The notes beneath the pieces were generated by a model that worked only from the letters and a program-made list of their open reading frames with translations, ran no database searches and was not told where the DNA came from. Positions 26,801 through 32,136 of a stretch of DNA of 32,136 bases are shown piece by piece. How positions within the stretch are numbered: position 1 is the stretch's first letter; each line of letters begins with the position of its first letter. The stretch is from the NCBI GenBank assembly GCA_032123335.1, contig JAQBFN010000028.1, positions 1-32,136 on the forward strand. Direction: 5' to 3'. Position numbers and translations under genes: made by a program. This DNA comes from Candidatus Micrarchaeota archaeon (GTDB lineage: Archaea > Micrarchaeota > Micrarchaeia > Anstonellales > Bilamarchaeaceae).

Positions 26801-27145
26801 GTGAATATGCAGGATACTGCGGAGCGCCTCATTCTTAGCCACTTTATCCCGGACCTCTACGGAAACCTGCGCTCCTATTCCAGGCAGACCTTCCGCTGTG
26901 TGGACTGCAACACAATCTTCAGGCGCACCCCGCTTTCCGGGAAGTGCACCCGCTGCGGGGGCAAGCTCACCCTTACCATCCACAAGGGAGGCATAATGAA
27001 ATACCTGGAAATCTCCAAGCGCATGGTGGAGGAGTACTCCCTTCCCTCTTATCTGGGACAGAGGCTCGAATTGCTTGAAAGGGAAATCGGGAGCATTTTT
27101 GAAGACGAGAAAGTCAAGCAGACCGGCCTCTCCGATTTCATGTAA
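23804..27145 (+). CDS. polD2: DNA polymerase D large subunit DP2 (no intein)
   Basis: ILTEGVLVAPTEGI, AGPIRSAGGT, GGFRLRYGRSR, IGARMGRPEKAKER, catalytic KRRNCDGDED, C-terminal Zn finger and PIP-like QTGLSDFM. Confidence 0.98.
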   Translation: MDYFETLRKDLDQVYALAQEARRQGLDPENKVEIPIAKDVAARVEGLVGPRGIASIIREMEQGGMSRPEIAFNIAEKLASGEILQGDKRTLIEQAIRTSVGILTEGVLVAPTEGIADVQINQNPDGSDYVSVLFAGPIRSAGGTVAALSVALADHARRKAGIGDFRPTESEIARYVEEVNVYEHRCVHLQYKPPDEHVAHIVRNCPVCIDGDPTEEMEVSVHRDLERIKSNRIRGGVPLVICEGIAAKAPKVLKFTKKFGLGWDWLQEVIKVKKQADQIEIKPDFSYLEGLVAGRPVFSYPMTKGGFRLRYGRSRTNGIMGRNVHPATMYLLDSFVANGTHVKVERPGKGAILTACDSIEGPVVKLKDGSVVKVKTSEQAEELHDDVDQVLFLGDMLVTYGDFYKTNHPMMPAGYCLEWWVQEAQESGIENPPETPSAKEAFELSRKNKAPLHPDHTYPWNDTSNENLRTLSNSLSKGIMKLDAGEIVGIELPTLDAKETLEELLVEHKVSDSKILLEGDPAFTLLSSFGMLSGREISVPPQLNDELTPLENINALSEITIRNKNPTYIGARMGRPEKAKERMMDGRPHVLFPTATMKDRSITKRYKSLKAREKERSINAEIARYKCTGCGITTFYARCHSCGEIAKQERICQKCSAVTTEKEHCEMPTLFYDRRPVPLVEMYEKVKNELGFAPAEVRGVKGMISMNKIPERLEKGFLRAKHDVYVFRDGTCRFDATDAPMTHFRISEIGQTPEGIRKLGYTQDHKGKPISTADQVIALNCQDIVISTSGMDYMARMADFMDDLLVNLYGLKPFYEVQSREDIFGHLIVGLSPHTSGSVLGRIIGYTDANVCYAHPYFHTAKRRNCDGDEDTIILLLDCLINFSRAYLSNRRGGTMDAPLTITPEINPSEVDDEVHCMEVVDKYPLEFYRACERNVFPGEIKLKTVQDLLGKDEQYQDLGFTHDTETINDGPMRTSYVTLGSIPEKIKAEFELHEKLKPVNMQDTAERLILSHFIPDLYGNLRSYSRQTFRCVDCNTIFRRTPLSGKCTRCGGKLTLTIHKGGIMKYLEISKRMVEEYSLPSYLGQRLELLEREIGSIFEDEKVKQTGLSDFM

Positions 27146-27208
27146 TCAAGTTTTACACTACTCCTGGAAGAATAAGAAAAAGAGAAAAAGAAGAAAAAAT
27201 TAAAGGGC

Positions 27209-27649
27209 TTATTCGTACTTCTTCGCCATCGGTCCGAGGTATGGAAGCTCGTACTTTTCCCCGTTAAATGCCTTGTAGGCACAATAGAGGGCAGCTACGA
27301 ACGCAACGAGCCATATTGCCAAGCCGGCAAATCCGAACACGCATGCGATTACTCCGATAACCGGAATCATCCCGACAATCGCGCTTAGAACAAACAGCAC
27401 AAATGCAACAACACACGCCCCAACCCAGAGAAGGATTGACTGCATTGCGTGGAACCTGATGTACTTGTCCTCCTTTTTCACGAGGTACATGATAATTGCG
27501 ATCAGTCCGACGATATAACCCACAGCTGCCAGAAGATTGCTTTCACTGGCTCCTCCGGAGGAAGCCGCTGGCTTCTTTTCCACGGGCTTGCTCTCCACAG
27601 GCTTTTCTGCAGGAGTCTCGGCTTTAGTTTCAGTTTTCTTTTCAGCCAT
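27209..27649 (-). CDS. DUF4870/Tic20-like membrane protein
   Basis: ATG at 27649 (MAEKKTE) follows GGTGG. NLLAAVGY, YIRFHAMQS and KAFNGEKYELPYLG; three TM segments. Confidence 0.85.
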   Translation of the reverse strand: MAEKKTETKAETPAEKPVESKPVEKKPAASSGGASESNLLAAVGYIVGLIAIIMYLVKKEDKYIRFHAMQSILLWVGACVVAFVLFVLSAIVGMIPVIGVIACVFGFAGLAIWLVAFVAALYCAYKAFNGEKYELPYLGPMAKKYE

Positions 27650-27773
27650 TAAACCACCATTATTCGAACCTACTTGGAGCAGGATGTTTTTAAAGGTTTT
27701 CCAGTTTCCCGCTTCCTCCCCCCAAGAGGCATATAAGGAAACATTTATATTAATCAACCGTCGCAAGTTATAT

Positions 27774-30700
27774 ATGCAGTCCACGGCCACCCTCCGCGAA
27801 AAGAAAAAACCAGAAAGCAAGCTGGGGGGTGCAGTTCCTTCACGCACAGAGAAGCCCCCTGTTGAAAACGAAGCAATGAAAGTGATACGTGGAGAGCTCG
27901 AAACTGCAGTTGACCTTCTTGAAGGCAGAGTTGGCCCAGACCCCCTGGACGACACATTTCTCATTCTTCTCGGCAGGGACCCGCCGCTCATAAGCAGGGA
28001 ATTCCTAAAATTTGAAAAGGGCTCCGAAGTCATTCCTCTCCCTCCAAAAGGCGAGGCTTTCCGCGATGACCTTGAGCACTATGCAAAGAAAAATCAGGGT
28101 CTTATTGAAAAGCAGCTTGAAGGGGAAAAAACCAAAGAGGAGCCCTCATACATAGACATCCAAGTTCTGGAGGAACGGAATATTGTGATCATCACCAATA
28201 CACGTTACCTCCCGGAAAACATGAGGAAAAAAGCATCAAAGCTTGCAACATCCCTGAAACAAATACTCTCTTCAGGAAATGAAGAGCACATGCTTACTGC
28301 TTTCAGTTGCTGGGAAGAGCTCAAGTTCTCAATGGAGCAATATTCAGTGCACAAGGCAATGGCAGGGCAGGCGATTTCCATGAACAAGGTGGAATTTGCG
28401 GAGATTACCGCCGAAATCTCCAAAACTTATGGCGCAATCTCAGGGGAAATGCTCGACCGGATTGCAACTCTTGCAGAAGGAAAATCACTCTCCCAAGCAT
28501 CGATGCTTGCCACGACCCCAATGCAGAAGAGGCTGGAGAAGCTCCAGACAAAAGCTGCAGACATGCAGATGGAGGAGGCAACCCGCACATTCACAGGAAT
28601 AGATGCAATCGAGCGCATCGAGCGCGGAATCGGGCTAGGGCTCTACTCCAACATTGAGATTGTCATATACAAGCAAATCTCGGAGGAGCTCAAGGCAGCG
28701 CTTGGCAGGGTAAAAGGATTTTCCAAAACCGCGCTCAGCCGCATCAGCCTGGAGGGTTATGATGGGATTTCAGGCTGGCAGAAAAAAGAAGTTGAGCGGG
28801 CAATAGGCCTCGTAGCCCACCTTGAATGCATTGCATGGAAAGTTGACCTGAGCGATAGGGTGCACGCGTTGAAAGGAAAAGTGCGTGGAGCACGTGCAGG
28901 AATGGGCAGGATTATCTCATCCCAGCACATTCCCATGAACCAGCTCACAGTCCAGTCCAGAAAGGACATGCAGCGTCTCGGAAAGCGCGCAAGAGAGCAT
29001 CTTTCCTACTTGAAATCTTTCATCAACCACGCAGACGACCTTACCAAAGAAGAAAAAGGCAAATATTCCGAAAAGATTGACCAGATGTCCAAGGACATCG
29101 TAAAGTTCCAGGTTCCTGGGGAGTTCTCCTCAACTTCTAAGAAGCTCACCAGCATGCTTGAATCAGTAGAGCAGCTCTTGGGTGAACGCCACCTAGAGCG
29201 CATTGCAGAAGATGAGCAGAATCCCTGGAATGTGCGCACCACAGCATACACCAAGCTTTACGTGCTCAGGCACAGCCTTGAGATAATCGGGGCATCCGCT
29301 GCGATTGGAGGAGCTGCAGGAGGGATAAGCACAAGAAACCCAGCGGGTGCATGGGCAGGAGCCAAGATTGGTGCATCCGCCGGAGGCGTTATTGTTGGGT
29401 TCGCAGGCGCATTCTTAACTGTAGATGCAATGCAGCGTTATTTCTCAGGCACTGGGGACCCGGAGCAGGCGCTTGAGGACATGCGCCTCGGCGCAACATA
29501 CATGCTCTTTGGCCTTGGAGGTGGGCCAATAGCAGCAGTAAGCACCCCCATAAAGCTCCTGATGGGAGGGGGCGCAGCCCTTGCCAGCAGTGTACTTATG
29601 TATGAAGACATAAAGCGGGGCAACTATTGGGAAATTCCCGCAGATGTTGCATACCTCGCAATTGGAGCAGTTGCATTCGTTCGGGTTGCAGGAGGTGCTT
29701 TCAGGGCAGTCCGCCTTGCGAATCCCCTCAAGTCCACAATGGTAATTGCAAACTCTTCAGGGGTTGCACGCATAGCCGTAAAAGCAGGGCAGAAGCTGGA
29801 AAGCATCAGCACCCGTGCACTACAAGTTGGCTATACCCCTACATGGATTGGCCTGAATGCTGCTTTTGGGGGCCTTTCCCAGTGGCACAATATCTCCACC
29901 GCAATAGAAAACGGAAATTATGGAATTGCACTCAGCTACCTGAACCGCGGCTTTGCTGAAGTTACCCGTGGGATGGTGGGTTTTGACTTTGCGCTCTTTG
30001 GGGTTGCAGGCTCCACGCTTAAAGCAGGGGCAGCCCCGGTTGCACGCTATTTCCGCGTAGCAGTTCCCGCTGCACATGCACGGGCAGTTAACCTCCTGAG
30101 CTCCGAAGGTCTTTACGAGCGTATTTCAGACCTTGCGCGCAAGGCAGGCGCCAAGACCTTCCAGCCTGAAACCAATGCACAGATTCTTGAGCTTGCATTT
30201 GCAAGCGAGGGAAAAGTTTCTGCAGAATACGTACAGGTCACCCTTGGGCTGGAAAGCCGTGCGGCCGCAAGCACAATTTCCACTGAAATAAATACAAGCT
30301 GGCGCACTGCAAGGAGGATCCTCTCCAAGGGTAAAGCCGCAGGCAAGGCCGCATGGAACAAGGTTGGAAGGAACATGAAGCAGATTGCGAAGACCCGTGC
30401 AGCCAGGCTTGCTGCACAAGGCGCAAAGGGCGCAGTGCTTATTGGCGCAGTTGGATACATGGAATTCGAGAACATTGAATCCCAGAAACTTGCAACAGAG
30501 CTAAACAGCCTGATAAACAAGAGCGAAGCACAATTCCTCAATTACCTTCTTGCATCCCCGCTTCCTGAATTCGGAACTTCCCAGCTGGAAATGGGGAAAA
30601 TTGTCAAGGCAATGGGGTTGGTCAATTCAATTTCAGATGATGTTGATGATGGCGTACACCCGCTTGCGCTCCAGCTCGAGCTTGGCGGGGACATCGAGAA

Positions 30701-31199
30701 AAGAAAGCGCCTCCTGCTTTCCGGAGCAGTTTCCCTGATGATGGAGGGGCACGACGTAACAGATGAAAACCTTTCTGCCCTCATGTCTGAAATGGGCAGC
30801 CTTTTCACAAGCACAGGAATTGAGTTGAGGGTACACACTCCCGTTGGGACGCTTGCACTCATGGGCTCAATACTCCTGGATGAAGGCCCGGAAAAGTTTG
30901 CAGATGCATATGCTTCAATATCCCGCAATGCCCCAGAGGAGCAGTACCTTGATTACATAGTTTCTTCGTATTACTGTGCTTCAACCCTTGGAAGAAGCGT
31001 GGGCTGGGCTTCGGATGTTTCCTTTGGAGTATTCCAGGCATTTGTGGACAATGATATGGAGGGCAAGGTGCTAGGCTGGTCCCTTGTGCGCACATTTCAG
31101 GAGCTGGGAGGCAAGCAGCATTCTCAGGAGGAGATAATTGCTACTGCAAAGCAGGCAAGATGGAACGTGACAACCGGGGCATTTGCCAGAGAGGAATGA
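27774..31199 (+). CDS. Large orphan protein (1141 aa): helical N-half and central Gly/Ala-rich hydrophobic (glycine-zipper-like) region
   Basis: ATG at 27774 lies about 22 nt after TTTATATTAA. Contains GASAAIGGAAGG..GAWAGAKIGASAGG and further hydrophobic helices. Confidence 0.75.
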   Translation: MQSTATLREKKKPESKLGGAVPSRTEKPPVENEAMKVIRGELETAVDLLEGRVGPDPLDDTFLILLGRDPPLISREFLKFEKGSEVIPLPPKGEAFRDDLEHYAKKNQGLIEKQLEGEKTKEEPSYIDIQVLEERNIVIITNTRYLPENMRKKASKLATSLKQILSSGNEEHMLTAFSCWEELKFSMEQYSVHKAMAGQAISMNKVEFAEITAEISKTYGAISGEMLDRIATLAEGKSLSQASMLATTPMQKRLEKLQTKAADMQMEEATRTFTGIDAIERIERGIGLGLYSNIEIVIYKQISEELKAALGRVKGFSKTALSRISLEGYDGISGWQKKEVERAIGLVAHLECIAWKVDLSDRVHALKGKVRGARAGMGRIISSQHIPMNQLTVQSRKDMQRLGKRAREHLSYLKSFINHADDLTKEEKGKYSEKIDQMSKDIVKFQVPGEFSSTSKKLTSMLESVEQLLGERHLERIAEDEQNPWNVRTTAYTKLYVLRHSLEIIGASAAIGGAAGGISTRNPAGAWAGAKIGASAGGVIVGFAGAFLTVDAMQRYFSGTGDPEQALEDMRLGATYMLFGLGGGPIAAVSTPIKLLMGGGAALASSVLMYEDIKRGNYWEIPADVAYLAIGAVAFVRVAGGAFRAVRLANPLKSTMVIANSSGVARIAVKAGQKLESISTRALQVGYTPTWIGLNAAFGGLSQWHNISTAIENGNYGIALSYLNRGFAEVTRGMVGFDFALFGVAGSTLKAGAAPVARYFRVAVPAAHARAVNLLSSEGLYERISDLARKAGAKTFQPETNAQILELAFASEGKVSAEYVQVTLGLESRAAASTISTEINTSWRTARRILSKGKAAGKAAWNKVGRNMKQIAKTRAARLAAQGAKGAVLIGAVGYMEFENIESQKLATELNSLINKSEAQFLNYLLASPLPEFGTSQLEMGKIVKAMGLVNSISDDVDDGVHPLALQLELGGDIEKRKRLLLSGAVSLMMEGHDVTDENLSALMSEMGSLFTSTGIELRVHTPVGTLALMGSILLDEGPEKFADAYASISRNAPEEQYLDYIVSSYYCASTLGRSVGWASDVSFGVFQAFVDNDMEGKVLGWSLVRTFQELGGKQHSQEEIIATAKQARWNVTTGAFAREE

Positions 31200-31245
31200 T
31201 TTATAAATAATTAATGACGCAATAATATTAACTGATGGTGATGAA

Positions 31246-32136
31246 ATGGGCGAATTCAAAAAAGTAACTGATAAGAGGGCCGGTGCCGGAGGGCCAATTG
31301 TAAACGAGGCTGGGGAGCCAATAAGCGCAATCCCAAGGAAAACAATAACCCAGGAACAGATTCTTGACAAAATAGCAGCGCATTTCAAGGAAAAGCTTGA
31401 GAGGGTAGAGATTTCAACTGTAGGGGAATATGCAGACTTGCTCAAGAAGGAAATCGACTGGGCAGATAATCTGTTCCGGGATTCTGTGGAAAGACTCCCG
31501 GAATCAGGGATTGAAATCCCTACAAAGAAGCAGCTTACGCAGTTGATTGCTGAGCGCGCAGAACTTCTCTTTATTGCAGAAACTCTCGAAACCAGGGGTC
31601 TCCAGAAGATTTGCGAGGATCTAGTCTCAAGGGTAAAGGATGCAAAGAACGTTTCAAAAGCAGATTATGAGTCTTTCTTAAACAGATTCGTTTCCGGGGA
31701 AGAGCCAATCGAGCTAATCATCAGGGATGTCCAGCTCTCCAAAGGCGAGCGGGCGGGGGTAAACGCCTTGCTTAAGCAGGGGGAAACCAAAGACATTCTC
31801 GAGCTTGGCAGGCAATTTAACGCAGTGAAGGGCTTCGACTACCCAACAGCAGGCATCCGTGCATGGGCATGGAAAAAAGCAGAGCAGGTAGCCAAGTTCA
31901 ACCTCACGGATTTATTCGGGAGGGCAAACTGGGCAGTGGACCTCGTTATGCACGGGAAGGAGGCAGCTCCGATTGGGGAGCATCTTGCGAAGCATTATGA
32001 GAAGAAGCATGCCAAATTTACCAGAAAAGTGAGCATCCTGAATATTGGAAAAGTTACTGTTGCAGCAGCCGTTGTTCTCGGAGCGGGATACTTGCTTTCC
32101 CAGTGCTCCAGCTGCGTTTTTGGAAGCAGTGAGAAT
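31246..32136 (+). CDS. Hypothetical protein, 3'-truncated by window edge
   Basis: ATG at 31246 follows SD GGTGA. The frame MGEFKKVTDKRAG... stays open for 297 codons to the window end, with a hydrophobic segment VTVAAAVVLGAGYLL near the end. Absent from the supplied ORF track because it has no stop. Confidence 0.75.
   Translation, partial: MGEFKKVTDKRAGAGGPIVNEAGEPISAIPRKTITQEQILDKIAAHFKEKLERVEISTVGEYADLLKKEIDWADNLFRDSVERLPESGIEIPTKKQLTQLIAERAELLFIAETLETRGLQKICEDLVSRVKDAKNVSKADYESFLNRFVSGEEPIELIIRDVQLSKGERAGVNALLKQGETKDILELGRQFNAVKGFDYPTAGIRAWAWKKAEQVAKFNLTDLFGRANWAVDLVMHGKEAAPIGEHLAKHYEKKHAKFTRKVSILNIGKVTVAAAVVLGAGYLLSQCSSCVFGSSEN

Noticed and set aside
23804..27145. Intein in DP2
   Set aside because: The length is normal and the KRRNCDGDED site is uninterrupted.
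27209..28033. Apparent long antisense overlap between the 274-aa (-) and 1220-aa (+) ORFs
   Set aside because: An artefact of longest-ORF starts. The better starts are 27649 (-) and 27774 (+), separated by a TATA-containing divergent spacer.
1..32136. CRISPR array, transposase/integrase genes, and the many antisense ORFs of 60-280 aa
   Set aside because: No regularly spaced repeats or recombinase motifs were seen. The antisense ORFs shadow well-supported genes.

Overview
Archaeal chromosomal segment. The gene content (Cdc6/Orc1, PolD DP1+DP2, Rpo7/Spt4, S26e, AglB, archaeal SepF, FtsZ, a BHB-intron tRNA) and the compact layout with many orphan proteins suggest a DPANN, possibly Micrarchaeota-like, lineage; this placement is inference. 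The housekeeping backbone is transketolase C-subunit, transaldolase, RNase Z, SepF, Cdc6, HD hydrolase, YunC-like protein, rps26e, spt4, rpo7, endonuclease IV, DNA ligase, two tandem ftsZ, aglB, tRNA-Arg(TCT), UPF0147, polD1 and polD2. Interspersed are two ankyrin proteins, three lipoproteins and several large orphan ORFs. The most unusual signals are non-coding. (1) A 117-nt multi-hairpin intron sits at T-loop position 59/60 of tRNA-Arg with a perfect bulge-helix-bulge. (2) A ~40-nt two-hairpin module from that intron recurs 7.6 kb away, with compensatory base changes, in a structured insert between vapB and vapC. (3) That insert is bounded by a 21-bp direct repeat whose two copies both encode the VapB C-terminus RWGSGD-stop, and it can sequester the vapC ribosome-binding site. 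(4) An orphan IS200/IS605 right-end/omegaRNA-like structure has an alternative fold. (5) An unannotated 28-aa hyper-acidic peptide gene lies just upstream of the tRNA. No CRISPR array, transposase or intein was seen.
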